DNA of 63,611 nucleotides, filler included, from Asterionella formosa (GCA_002256025.1; 12 parts of 12 records of this genome joined end to end with filler, not necessarily neighbours in it); one strand, 5' to 3'; shown: positions 11,381-23,983, counted from the first letter of the whole stretch. Translations and numbers: made by a program. Notes: generated by a model not told the origin, from the sequence alone.

Positions 11381-14218
11381 GATGGCGCTCTAATAAGAGA
11401 TGGCGTCAAGCCAATGCTGAAGTGAGAGTTGCAGCGCTAGCCATTGTAGGATCCATGCAAGGTCTCCAATCATGACATGCCCGTTTCCACCCACTAGTGC
11501 TATCACTTATCGACAATCGCACATCTTGTTTCGGGATGGGTAACGCTTTTAAGGTTGCGGCCCCGGCGTAAACCTAGTTTGTAGAAAACAATGCCAGGGT
11601 TGTAAAAACGGCAGGGAGCAAGGAGTTTGCTTCTATGACTTCCCATGATTCGAGTGCCCATTTGAATATTTGAATTAAATAGGAATCGGCGCCAGATTGA
11701 TAGAGTTACCTTTTAAACAAACAAAAATGAGATTCAAATGTCTTTATTATATCTATGTTAGCTACTCTATGTAGACCTAATTTTGCTCCATGCCAAAACA
11801 CATATATGAATCAGGAGTATGCCAATATGTATAGCGCATGGTTCTTGTTCAAACAAAAGAAATGACGTCATTTATACATTTATATTGAATCTACATTGCT
11901 GTATGTAGCTTCAATACTACTCTATGCCCAAAGGCATATACCGGTATATAAATCAGTGCCAGAGAACCGGTATAGTAATTACCTGGTACATAATCCTGGT
12001 TCACGATGATGGAAGACAGGATGAAACTACCGGTGGTACTGATTTTACCATATCGGTATGCAGTAGTACATATAATACATGTGGTTCAAGTGTGTCTGGC
12101 GTGATTTTACAAGACCGGGATACTCCAGAAAATCTGGAGCAGGTGAGTAAATTCAATTCAACCAATCAGAATATGTGTAGTGACACAGGAACTTGACCTG
12201 GAGTCTTTTCGGACTAAGAATAATGCAAAAAAACCTAGTACACAAGACTCTAAGTCAACGAGAACGTGTTTGCATGTACAAATTCCGATTCGAATATTTT
12301 GGCAACTGTTGAAAAGGCCGATCGGGTCGACTTTTTGGAGGAGGATTGCTCTACATCTACGGGGTTTCATGAAGAATGAAATAGATAGCCGTTTACCCTA
12401 TAATGTCATGAGTTAACAACTTCTGGCAGTTATCCCTTGTAGATTCTTTTAAAGCTTCGTAGCCCCTTTTTTAGGATGGTTATGATTCCTAGGGGGATAA
12501 GTGTCACTTCTTTCCAGAAATGAGGTCCTTACCATATCTGAATATAGATCACATCCCTAAGTCGAGCAATGACTGTATCTCAGCATATGCAAAGTGTTCA
12601 TATTGGTGAAAGCTAATTTTTCCTTTAACTATTTTATTTATTTGTTCATACTGTGTAGATTGAAGTACATCATAAAAATATTTTGGGAAAAATACACCTT
12701 GCAATGTGTAACTTTGGTTCCGCAACCTGAACAATTGATTCTTGACATGCTTGCTTGGCTGCCATGCATGGTGCGCATGAACCAATTGTTCTGCAATGGG
12801 CTACAAGTATCTCCATGAGTAGGAGTAACACCCTGATGAAAGATGCATTTCTTGCCATACATGCTATGGTACACCGCCCATCATGCAGGTTGTTTCCATG
12901 TCCACTCTTCAGCTTGTAAAGAGTGTTTAAGATCTTCCACAGCTTCACCGAAGCAGCTGCTGATCAACAACTGAGTTGATAGTAATATGATAGTTCCCAT
13001 TGATAAAGAGTGAGTCATTTTCTTCGACAACTAGTGGTTTGCTTCAGACAAAGTGGTAATATATGGGTTGAAATCTTTGATTGACAAACTCTGGGCAAAA
13101 CAAAAATCTGGTTCTACCAGTGTGCTTAATTTAGGATAGTCGTACCTGGTCATTTGTTTCCTGTAAAATCTCGAAATGGGGTACTGGTATTCCTTCATTT
13201 TATTTGTTTTATTAAAATCCCATGAGAAAATTGTAACTAGTATATCATTGGTATATGGAGTACTATTACCAATTGCTCAACAATAATTTTGGCAAACAAC
13301 TTAGGGTAATTGAGCGGATGCCACCTACTACCATATGCTCATATCTAGATATATATCTAGACTACCTGGTACCATGCCATTATATGCACGAATGGGACGG
13401 GCATTCCTGGGAAAAATGGAACAACCTTGTACCGGTTGGTACCCGTACCAGGTACTCCTGGTACTAAACTTTTCTTCGAGGTAACCACAAACCAGTACTT
13501 CTACCGGTAGTAATTGCAAGCAAGGTGTAGCCCTGTCGATCTCAAGGCCAACAGATTTATAGGTTTGTACTGGAGTCACTGTTACCCCAGTTTTGGTTCT
13601 TTTTTTAATATCATAAATATACCGGTATAAGTATTTTAATTGCGTCCATTAATGATTTGATGAACGATTATGTAACAATCAGTGGAGATGGGTTCAGCAA
13701 ATGACTTGTACTTCTTTTCCCCCTTATTGTCCTGGAATGACCAGTCACGATATCTCGCATCCCGCTCGTTTTGAATTATCCCTCTACATGTATCGTATAT
13801 ATACTTTTCTATTTCAATTCATACACACCTCTATAAGATTATTATGATGTTACACACCTTTGGCTTACATTTGCATTTCCGTTGTTGTTTCTCAACCTTT
13901 TCTTAATCTATTTCTCGTTGTCAGCTGCCATCAGTTTGGATGACTCTTTGGTTCCAACAGTCAAAATAGTACAGACTAATCCAACTTAAAGTATCTAGAA
14001 CTCACTTCTGAAGAACGTCATTTAGGTTACCTATAGACTTTAGTTTCTTGTCATACATTACTATCATCACATCATCCGACTACATCGTACTAGGCTTCGG
14101 ACATCTGTAAATCAACAGCGTGTCAGAAAAATTCTTCCCAAAATTGGAAGTGTCACAATGAATTTAAACAGAAGACAGAAACATGACAATCAATTCTACT
14201 TTTAAACGTAACTGCTAT

Positions 14219-15352
14219 TCACCACGCAATTGTGGTCTCTTCTCTCAAAATATCCAAAAATAGCTCTCCATAGGCCTTATACTTGACTCCCTGCGTCAAC
14301 TCCAAGGGAGCTGTGGTCTCGTTGCCACCGGACGTTGGTTCAATTTGAGAATCTTCATGCCATTCATTAAACGAATTTACCATGACCAAGTAATTGGTCA
14401 TGCTATCTGCTATCTCACGGGCTCCTTTCAGAGTGGCTCGAAACAAGGAGCCTGGGCCATCATTAGGAGTTAAACGACGACTCAACGCTGCTTTCCCAAC
14501 ATCCAATCGAATGCTTCGATCGTTGTATCCAGGCACAGCAGGAGGAACATAAGCACACCCTCGATTATTAGCCGCTACCTTCCATTTCAATTGCTCTGCA
14601 AAGTAGTTATCAACTCCCGTTTGGGTGACATAGTTTGTCCCCCACGGTAAGTTCATACCACCTCTGACATCGTAGTTTGTCACGCCATCCAATTGATCAA
14701 AAGGTGCATAGTACATCCCTTGAGGCGGCGCATCTTGAAACACTTGATCGCCAATAATATATGGATTAAATCCGTATTTGTTGGCGGTACTTCGCATCAG
14801 AAGCAACACATCATCCAACAACCCCATCCCACTCAGCTTGCGAGTCACATAAACAAACAGGACAGGGCGATCATCAATTCTGTAATAGTTCGGATGTGAA
14901 AAATAATTCTCGCACATGTATACCATATCAGGTCCGACGTTTACCAATGATCCCGAGTCTGGAATTCTGCCAGGGGTTTCATAAAATAGTGAAATCTTGT
15001 GGGAACCAAGGTCATTGTGGGGCAATATCTTGGTGAGCGTCGTATTATTGGGAATGCTTTTTGGACCCCACCAGGAGGTGACCCACATTTTAATGTTAGC
15101 ATTTCGAGACCATTTCAAGTGTTGGGAAATCACTGCGGGGTCGGTGTCATCGTATCGTCCCAACTTGGGCAGTTGAGGTGGCAACAGCTTCTCCCTAAGA
15201 AATGGAGACCCCTTGTGAAAGTCAGTACCATGCCAAGGATAGTAATATGCCCCAATAGTTAAATTCTTGAAGGATAAAGCTGAAGTAGGAGCAACGGATA
15301 AAATGCAATGTATTGATAACGACAATAGAATTGTCACAAATGCTCGGTTCAT
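14219..15352 (-). CDS. Secreted glycoside hydrolase family 99-like protein (endo-alpha-1,2-mannosidase/mannanase-like)
   Basis: Signal peptide; YYYPWH, P.LGRYD..DP.VI.QH, SWWG, PGYNDR and the catalytic NSFNEWHEDSQIEP motif; intronless. Confidence 0.85.
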   Translation of the reverse strand: MNRAFVTILLSLSIHCILSVAPTSALSFKNLTIGAYYYPWHGTDFHKGSPFLREKLLPPQLPKLGRYDDTDPAVISQHLKWSRNANIKMWVTSWWGPKSIPNNTTLTKILPHNDLGSHKISLFYETPGRIPDSGSLVNVGPDMVYMCENYFSHPNYYRIDDRPVLFVYVTRKLSGMGLLDDVLLLMRSTANKYGFNPYIIGDQVFQDAPPQGMYYAPFDQLDGVTNYDVRGGMNLPWGTNYVTQTGVDNYFAEQLKWKVAANNRGCAYVPPAVPGYNDRSIRLDVGKAALSRRLTPNDGPGSLFRATLKGAREIADSMTNYLVMVNSFNEWHEDSQIEPTSGGNETTAPLELTQGVKYKAYGELFLDILREETTIAW

Positions 15353-16414
15353 GATACTATTCACTCGTTTTTCCTGATGGGGTGCAAATCAATTTGTGAG
15401 ACGTTCTGCAGATTTGGCTATATGCGCTGCTCGTTTTAAACAAGACTGCCAGTTTATCAAAGCATTCTTAGCATCCTCATTGATTCCACTGTAAGGCCAT
15501 GACACTGGCCAAACTTTTTACAATTTTGATGGCGTCCATGTTACTCGCCGGAGTAAAGCAATTCCCAAATTTTTTCGTCCATAATAAATTTATGAAGGGT
15601 GCTTACTATTTCATTAAACATACGTGACCTGAAGTCGTGAGCATGTTGGCATAAATCCTGGAGTTTATGTAGACTACCGGTACCGGGATCATGTACTTAT
15701 TAGTAAATGTCGGACGGGAACTTTCGTTTGTCGCGCTGTGCAATCCGAAGGATACACTAAAGGCATGTTCAGTTCAGTACCGCAAGGAAATTGTCTGGAA
15801 AGATAACCGGTAGGCCACCAGCAATTGGGAACGTGCTGGTAGACAACCGGTAAATGTGTTGTATATGAACACATATATATACCGGTATAAAAATTATAGT
15901 CTTGCTAAGTAATGATATTTTGTTTAACACATCTGTTTAACATACCAATAAGTAATAAGTCGATTTAGATTGCTCCCACATAGAATTCAGTACCAAGTGG
16001 TCCTATTCATAGGGCTAACAGGTACAATGAACAGGAATAGCATGCGTCATAAACATAGCAGTACCAGATAGAAGGTCTTCTTTTGGGGTACACGTCACAA
16101 TCGAAATATATAACCGTAATACAAAGAATTTTAAATCCCTTCGACAGACTGAGTCGTTACAAGACTCATGAAGCTGATGATGAGTCGTAACAAGACATTT
16201 TCATTACAGATAGCTAAACTGGTAGCTTCGACAAATAATGCTATATTTACAAGACTGACATGCTCGTGCTAAGTCCTTTGACAATCATCAAAGTTCTACA
16301 TAATTTACCTTAAGAAAATTACCGGCTTAGAAGTAGAGCCCGGAGCTGTTCACAGCTGCTTGTACGGTATTTGATTGACATTGGATAGGCCGGGTAATAC
16401 AGAAAGTCCACGTA

Positions 16415-18003
16415 CGGTTAAACCTCTCTATAAGATACACCCTGTTTGCTCCTTCAAGTATGGCCTTTTTGTATCCTATAGGGAGGTGTATCTTACCGGA
16501 ATATGGAGGTTCCGCAAGTTTACGCTTGTTTTATACGTACTACCATACCAGGGTACACAAAATGTACAATATGCACAAAAGAAGCCAGGAAGGTTAAAAA
16601 AAAAATTTGCAGTTTATTAAACTTTTGATTTTTGTTTGGAATTAAAAAAAGATTTGATTGGAGGCTGAAAATTTCTCGAATGAGACCTTTTCTGAACAGA
16701 GTCGATTGTTTCAAGCAATGGAAGCTCCTGCTCAAATAAATCATTTTCTGTTACATACATCAGTGGTGTTTTTAAACCAAACAAAGCATCTTGTGAGGTT
16801 ATAGGAACCTTATTGGACACATCACTGACTGCTGCCATGATACTGCCTATATCCAAGGCACTATTATCCTCCTCATCCCCTTCATCAATATATTCAGCAA
16901 CCAAATTTGCAATTAAAGATTCAGCACATGGGATTGCATATTTGCCAATACAATCTTGTTGTACATGATGAATATCAAATTCTCTAAGCCTCTCCATCAG
17001 CTTCTCCGCTTCATTTTCAGTTTCCTCTGGTACTGAGGATACACACCATTCTTCATCTCATACTTTATCAAACCCACATGCTTTAAAGCATTTTTGAAAG
17101 GTTTCAGTCAGAACACTTCCCCAGGATGTAGCTATAAACTTCGTAGCCAGATCTGCTGCATGTTCTACCATTTCAATAACTTATATTAACTGCAAAACTT
17201 GGTGCGTAGCTACAGAAAAGAGCTTCCATACTTCTAATGATTCCAGCATCCAACGGTTTGTCATCCATTGTTTCTTGCCACTCGACTTGTACACAACTCC
17301 AAGGTGGCTCAAATCAATGTTTCGAATACAATGAGGCTTCTTGGATTTCCCAATTATGAGCAACTGCAGCTTTTCCCCAGCTGCACTGCACGTCAAAGCA
17401 ACTGTAACTCGATCCTTTGCTAATTTTCCTCCTTTGCATGATTTCGATACTTGAATTGGGAAGAGCACAATAAAGGTATCCAGTCTCATCCATGTTGAAA
17501 ATGTCAGCTGGGGTATATCCATCACACAAACTAGCCAAGAAAGCTTTCCATTCTTCAGCCTTATCAATATCTACATTCCCAGACTCTCCACAAATAGCAT
17601 AGGATTTGACATTGTGTCTTTTCTTCCATTTTTCAAGCCAGCCATCAGATGCCTTAAAGTTATGATCTGTGTGGAATGCTTTGGCAATTGATAAAGCTTT
17701 GCTTTGTAGGATGGGTCCACTATTTGGATATCCATTTGCGTGAGCAGGACAAAACCATCTCCACAACAATACTGTGTTGATTTCTGCACCGCTATTAAGG
17801 CGTGCCATTTTCATGGATCGCATCGATTCTCCTTCCATCAGTAAGCAAGTCCTACTTCTTTTTCTTTGCTTTTTGAACAGTTCTAATGCTTATGGCAAGT
17901 TTAAAAGCAACTTCTCTAACACTTTTTCCTTCACCAAGTAGCTTTATTGCTGCTAATTTTGTATCAATGGAAATACTTTACGCTTTAACTTCATTTCAGA
18001 CAT
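16415..18003 (-). mobile_element. Decayed pogo/Tigger-type Tc1/mariner transposon
   Basis: psq/CENP-B HTH (FKASDGWLEKWKKRH), IFNMDETG, KLAKDRVTVALTCSAAGEKL..IIGKSKKP, WMT, with frameshifts. One end resembles TA|CGGTTAAACCTCTCTATAAGATACAC (16413-16440), with an inverted copy at 16470-16495. The other TIR was not found. Confidence 0.9.
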
Positions 18004-19261
18004 GCTCTTCAAAATAATTCCTTCAGTTCCCAATGGCGATGATGTCTGTATCTTGGAGATTGAAATGAGTGAAAGAATGGAAGCAAATGGACAAGAAACG
18101 ATCAAGTTTTGTTTTCAGTTTAGTATAAAACAAAAAACTATTATAAAAAGTGCCATTGACAAGTAATATCACAAGTGATAGTACCACCAGAGATTTGCTA
18201 TGCAAGAAAATGTAGTACATATACTACTGACGCTTCTGTAACATGCGTACGCAGACTGTCAGTTCACAGCAGTGATTTGGAATGATCAAAGCATGCAAAA
18301 CAACGTAAAAACTGCTGGCTCAAACTGAGTGCAGACTGTGTTGCGCTCGTTTTTTTGTTTTGTCAACATTGGTTGTTTCTCACCAAATGCAAAATGAACA
18401 ATTGATGACTTGAGAAGGAAGCAATCATTTAGTCTTTGTGAACCCAACAATCGATCATTCTGGCATGTAACCTTGACATTCCATAGCTAGATTCCATTCA
18501 CTTTTTCATTTTCAATCCTTTTCAGCGGCAATATGTCGTATCATTGTCTTGTAGCGTCACTTCAGTTTTCCTAGTCGTATGACTGATATGATTTCTCATT
18601 TAAGGATGTTATCGGTATGCATGAAAGGAACTTTTAAACAAGATTTCAAATGTATTAGCCATGCATAATACATTTTTTGATTTTGTAAACATTTGCATAC
18701 TTCAAAGAGACTCTTTATATGGCGCATTATGTCTATACTATCATCAATCTAACTTATACATAATTCAGATGTATAAATGCATGATGATTTCATTATTTTC
18801 CACGACCTGATATACTGTTTGTGAATTTCTCCATGGCAATTCTTGTACCTACAAGTCAGCGATATAATTAAGCCCCTCAATTAACGGCCGGTCATAACAC
18901 GCATTTTTCATATGGTATTAATTATATATGAAAATTAACATATTGACCAAATATAGAAGGACTCGCGAAACATTCATGGCCTAGTACAGTAAACTTGGTA
19001 CTATTAACTTGTATCATGGAAGTACCAACATAATAAAACAGAAAAGAATATCAGACTTGTAGGATCACTTGAACATACTTTTGATATCAATTTCTCCTAC
19101 TTCTTAAAATAAATTTCGATCTTTCATTTTCTCATATCAATGATACGACCGTTGATCATGTGATCATTATTTTTGATCGAACGTATCATAGGATAGACAA
19201 ATCAAATTGATATCAGATCATATTTTCTGGCTAGATATTATTGCCAGTAAATTTAGATAAA

Positions 19262-19435
19262 GTATGTACCCTCCATAACCTATAGATACCAATGTTAGGT
19301 TGTTTGTATGAGACCGTGTTATTGTGTACCCTCTATTAGCTATAGATACCTATGTTAAATTGTTTGTACAAGACCGTCTTATTGCGTATCTTCCAGCACC
19401 TATAGATACCAATGGTAAGTTGTTTGTATGTGACC
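19262..19435. repeat. Tandem repeat, 60-bp period, 3 diverged copies
   Basis: gtaccctc...cctatagatacc.atgttag.ttgtttgta..agaccg recurs on three consecutive 60-nt lines. Confidence 0.9.
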
Positions 19436-19799
19436 CGCGTGATATTGGTTTTCCAGCTTTAATTTTTTCCATGTCAATGTTGTCGTCGCATCATTGGTAG
19501 TCTGGCATTGTCTTCCATGTGAATGTTGTTGTCACATCATCTCAATTTTTACCGATTTTTTTTTGTGTTGAGTTCATGATAAATCATCATGAAAACCAGC
19601 TGTTGAGCATCAAAGCGACAAGGAATGGAATGCATGCAGAGAGGTTCTATGTGCCCTGCACAACCTATACTTTGTTGCTAAGACTGGGTCGCCTGCTCCT
19701 GTATTTCCAGAAAAGAATTGCCTCTCATTTCCTGGACAGCAACAATGTCACATAGCAATTGTTAGGGGGTGCAAGGAGGCTGAGGCACTGACAAGCAAC

Positions 19800-21100
19800 G
19801 AGCAGGCAAAGGTGTGCATGATGAATTTTCACACAGAATTGATTCGATTTGTTCAGGAGGAAAAGGAGGATAAAAGTTGGACATCACAGAAGTGTCTAGA
19901 ATATTCAATTAGATTGATGAATAATCTTGATATCATTGCATCATCCTCTACGTTGAAGACCCATCTTGGGCTATGGAATCGAACGCTTGCGTACAATAAA
20001 CAAGATATCTTTTGCAAGTCAACAATCAATAAAGTTAAGTCCCCACCACCAGTCTTTGAAGCCAAGTCAGATGCCTTGAATGATTTCAAGCAATTCGGAA
20101 ATGAAAAAATTGAATTCGCTTTAGCTAGCTATGATTATGTGCATGAACATCTGGTTCCCGCATTGGTTTCAAATTTAGGTTTGTAAATCAATGGGCTGGA
20201 GGATTATCTGATTGACAAAGAATACCCTGCCCTTCTAAAATTAATTGTTAATAATGCACATTTATCACAGAACAATCTACACTTATGCAGTCACAAGGTT
20301 GCTTGCTTTAGTGGTCAAGAAACTGGATTTAATCATAGTAATAACAATGCAATCTTGATTTCTCGGAATCTCTGACCCACAACTGCAAGTGGCTGGGATA
20401 AACACAACAACTTCTAGTTCAGCCTGTTCAAATTGGTCCATTCTTGATGACTCCTGGTTAGCAACCTTTATGCCAACATGATATTTCTAGAAGTGCAATG
20501 AAAATATACCTCGAACTTGGTCGGAATTGATTTCTGACCTTTCTTAAGAGTAGCTAACACCAAAGGTAAAAACAAATGCAAGCTTCAGAAAATCTTTTCC
20601 TGGTATGAAATTGAGACTACAAGACAATGAATTTAAGTCAAGGAAGGCTGGAAAGGCAAAGGGTGTAATGCAAGTCTTGTGGGGAAGATGGTTGTTCATT
20701 GATGGAAAAACCTTACCTTACTATGATGATACCACTTTAACTCGACGGCAAGATGCACATAAGATCGTCAACCTTGATTCAAGTTTGAGACACATCATGT
20801 CAATGTGTACTGCCATCTTGAAAGATAACAAAGAAATGATGAGCACATTGGCTAGTATCAAGCTTGGAGTTAGTTGTTGCCTTGAGGTCATCATGTTTAC
20901 ACCGAAGTTCCCTCATGCAGAAATCGCTTGCAGAGAGGCTCATCAGTAAATGTTGGCTTACCATGTCACGCTATTGACTCTGGCCAATTCACTCCAACAC
21001 TACACCAGCAGTGCTATCAACATGTTCCAGTGGCAATTGAAGACCTTGTAAAGAAGATGAAGGCTCCTCATGTGCATTGATGTGCCTTAGAATTCGATTA
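19800..21100 (+). mobile_element. Highly decayed DDE transposase remnant (IS630/Tc1-like)
   Basis: GKAKGVMQVLWGR..FID...SLRHIMSMC...TPKFPHAEIA resembles the KG..QVLWERG / TPK.H.EL motifs of stramenopile transposases; many stops. Confidence 0.5.
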
Positions 21101-21198
21101 CAGGCTTGTAATGAATGTCAATTGATTGAGCGATTGCTGATAGTTGTAGTGTGAGGGTAAACATTAGAGAAATACATATACTTATATATTTATACTTA

Positions 21199-21278
21199 CA
21201 GGGAATGGCTTAGTGGTTTAGCACGTTTCTATAGATCTGAGGTTGTGAGGTGCAATTCCTGTAATTTTTTTGCGAAGC
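21199..21278 (+). mobile_element. tRNA-derived (Pol III A/B box) SINE-like head
   Basis: TGGCTTAGTGGT (A box), GGTGCAATTCC (B box), T-run; homologous to 49699-49780 (-). No acceptor stem, so not a tRNA. Confidence 0.55.
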
Positions 21279-22588
21279 AATTGTTGGGTTCAACTCGCAC
21301 ACTCGTCCTTACTGTCCTGCACGGTCTTGCCTGGTGGTGCGCAAGAAATAGTGGGCGGGGGGGGGGGGGGGGGGGGGGGGCGGGAGGGGGGGGGGAGGGG
21401 GGGGGGGGGGGGGGGCGCGGAAAAAAGTGGGCGGCCCCCCCCCCCCCCCCCCCAACAAGCAGCTTGTAATGCCTTCCTAGGCGATCGGATTTTCCCCTAA
21501 TGCTGCGGCTAAGACAATCACCTTTTGTGAAAGGTGGTTGGGGACTCACCTATGTTAACAAAACTTGGGAAGCATAGGTCTTGTCAGCAGGTAGCACAAT
21601 GAAATACTTGTTGCCTAGAAATAGGAGAGAATGAATGGGCTATAAAACTTACAAACTTTTATATTTATACTTACAATATTCTCTATGATGATAATCATTA
21701 TACATATTAGATGATCTATTGAGATTATTTGATTATATGATTGTCATTATTAGATGCATCACACGAATACGATCTTTTCTATTTGCAGACGCACATAAGG
21801 AAATGCTTCTGCACTAGTAATCGGCAACACATGCATGCCTAATCTCTCTTTATAATCAAAGCTAGGATGAAACCAAACAAAGATTATTTTATGAACTAGA
21901 TTACCCTAAAGTTGAGGCAATATGAATTGTAACAGCATACTTTTGATCTCCATCAAAACTTGTCAATATTGAGAAATCTTTATCCAAAAGGTCGACCCCT
22001 TTGGCCTTTCCAATGGTTACCAAGCAAGATATTGGAATGATAAACACAACCAATGGAAACACCATCATCAAAATACGAGTCTTGTGGTGCAGTATTTTGT
22101 GGCCTCATTCCCTAATGAAAGATTCCACTGGTGTTTTATACTATGGTATATTCTATGCTTTTTATCACCCACTTGTGCTTTCGACAAAGCCAAAATGAGC
22201 TGTTTCTGAGCAACATCCAGAATATCCCACCATGGAAATGTACAGCAGCAAAACTACCGGAACTTGATAGTTGGTGGGGGCAGGGGGTAAAGGAAGGAGT
22301 ATCAGTTACGCACAGCTCGTGATTGTGTTTATGTCCATGGAGTAGACCTACCTGGTACCAGGTACCTGATGGTGGTAGCACCACATATATGTATACCGTT
22401 ATGCTTCCATAATTTCATTGATGGTGCTAACCTTCGAGTTTTGCCCCCATTTGGTGATCAACGCTTTTGATTGGGTTTAAATTGTCTAAAATGACAATGC
22501 CTGTAACAGTGCCGTGGGATTTTCAGATGGTCGCTCACCATCTGACGGCCTTCTGCTGCCTTTTTGATCATAATGCCATTGCTTCTCA

Positions 22589-23982
22589 GGGCCGTTCTTA
22601 TCATTCTGTTATTTGTTGTCATTGGTGTATCATCGCCGAAATATGATACAAAAATGGCGGTTTGGTTTTTTTTTGTGTATCACCAACGGTTTTTTTGGTC
22701 TGATCACCGGTGTATCATGGGTGTATCACTGATACAGTTTTTGGACCCCTGACCAATGCTGTATCACTGATCAAGCCGTTGATCACTGTGTATCACGTCC
22801 GTTGCCACTGATAAAATAACTGTAAATACGCAAGCACAACACTATTAAATATTGCGCCAACTATTTTTTGTTATATATATACTACGGTACTCTGTATACA
22901 TTACCTTTCAGCTTCGTGAGTCATACAAGAATCAGTAGTCCGCTCATCTCTATACCAATCTTCCGACATCGACTATATCTCGATTAATTGGCGCAATGAG
23001 CAGCAAAGTAGTAGTGACCGGAAAAAAATGAACCAGGGTTGTTGCCACTTTCAACTATAGTCGGGCGGTTGATGGTGGCAAGGAAGCCGTCAATAGCACC
23101 AACACATCCTCTCATCACGCCCTCTGAGCTTTTGCATTCAAAGCTGGAAGCCAATTTGATAAATTCTTCTTTTTCTTTTGGAAAAATAATTTCGAGTTCT
23201 TCACAGTTTAGTACAGCATCAATGAACAAATCACGACATCGATAAAGTGAAGCAATGCTACAACCGTAGGCATGACGAATGTCGATGTAACTGCCACCAG
23301 CCAGCCATCGCAAACCAATGGCTACCACAATTTCGGGAATTATGGGCTCAGAAGTGCCACATTTGGAATAATTCCCTGCAATCTGAATTTCCAGCATGGA
23401 GGTGAGTTTTTTGAATGCTCTGTGTGACATTCTGTATGTCTTCTCGAAAGCAATCTCGTGATTGAGTTTCTCGACATGTGATTGCCAGGAGATTCTTTCG
23501 TGGTGCCACTTGTGCCTTCGTTGTCGTCGTCGTTCAGATGACTGAAGCTGCCGTTTACAGCGTCGCCTTTGTCGTTTGGATGAGTGTTCTTTTTCCTCTG
23601 CTTCCTTAGTTAAATGACAGAGGAAGAAGAAATCAAGATCACTACTGTCATCGTCATTATCATCAAGTAAATCAAATGGCGACGACATGATTCATGCAAA
23701 TGTGTGTTTTTAATATTATATTTAGTTTCCCGGTAATTATATTTTGTTGTTGCTTGATATCAAGACCATCATTATATTCTGGAGGGATATACACATGATC
23801 TTCGCCAGCCTGTTGCCGTTGAAGATTCATTTTACTCCATGATACAATGTGATCACAAATTAGTGATACAGTGACACTTTTGGAATGAATGAAATTCAGT
23901 TCAAATCGAGTTACCGTTGCTGATACATTTTCAAAAAAATTCAAATTCCGTGATACACGAAAAAAAATGATAAGAACGACCC
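22589..23982 (-). mobile_element. PIF/Harbinger DNA transposon, internally deleted
   Basis: 17-bp TIRs GGGCCGTTCTTATCATT (22589) and AATGATAAGAACGACCC (ending 23982); left flank TCA, right flank begins T before the gap; arrays of GTGTATCA/TGATAC subterminal motifs at 22625-22800. Confidence 0.9.
22984..23688 (-). pseudogene. Truncated Harbinger (HARBI1-like) transposase: HTH plus first catalytic Asp
   Basis: FEKTYRMSHRAF, GLRWLAGGSYIDI, GCVGAIDG; ends after FFSGHY and lacks the remaining DDE residues. Confidence 0.85.
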
Positions 23983-23983
23983 T

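Noticed and set aside
12540..13100. Cys-containing short minus-strand ORFs, possibly a decayed TE
   Set aside because: No recognisable motif; too fragmented to call.
16148..16200. Hammerhead-like CTGATGA next to a GTC-loop-GAC hairpin (duplicated)
   Set aside because: The conserved GAAA and stems I/III are missing.
21355..21453. Poly-G/poly-C tract giving poly-Gly/Pro ORFs and G-quadruplex potential
   Set aside because: It resembles low-quality sequencing or gap-fill homopolymer error; no supportable gene.
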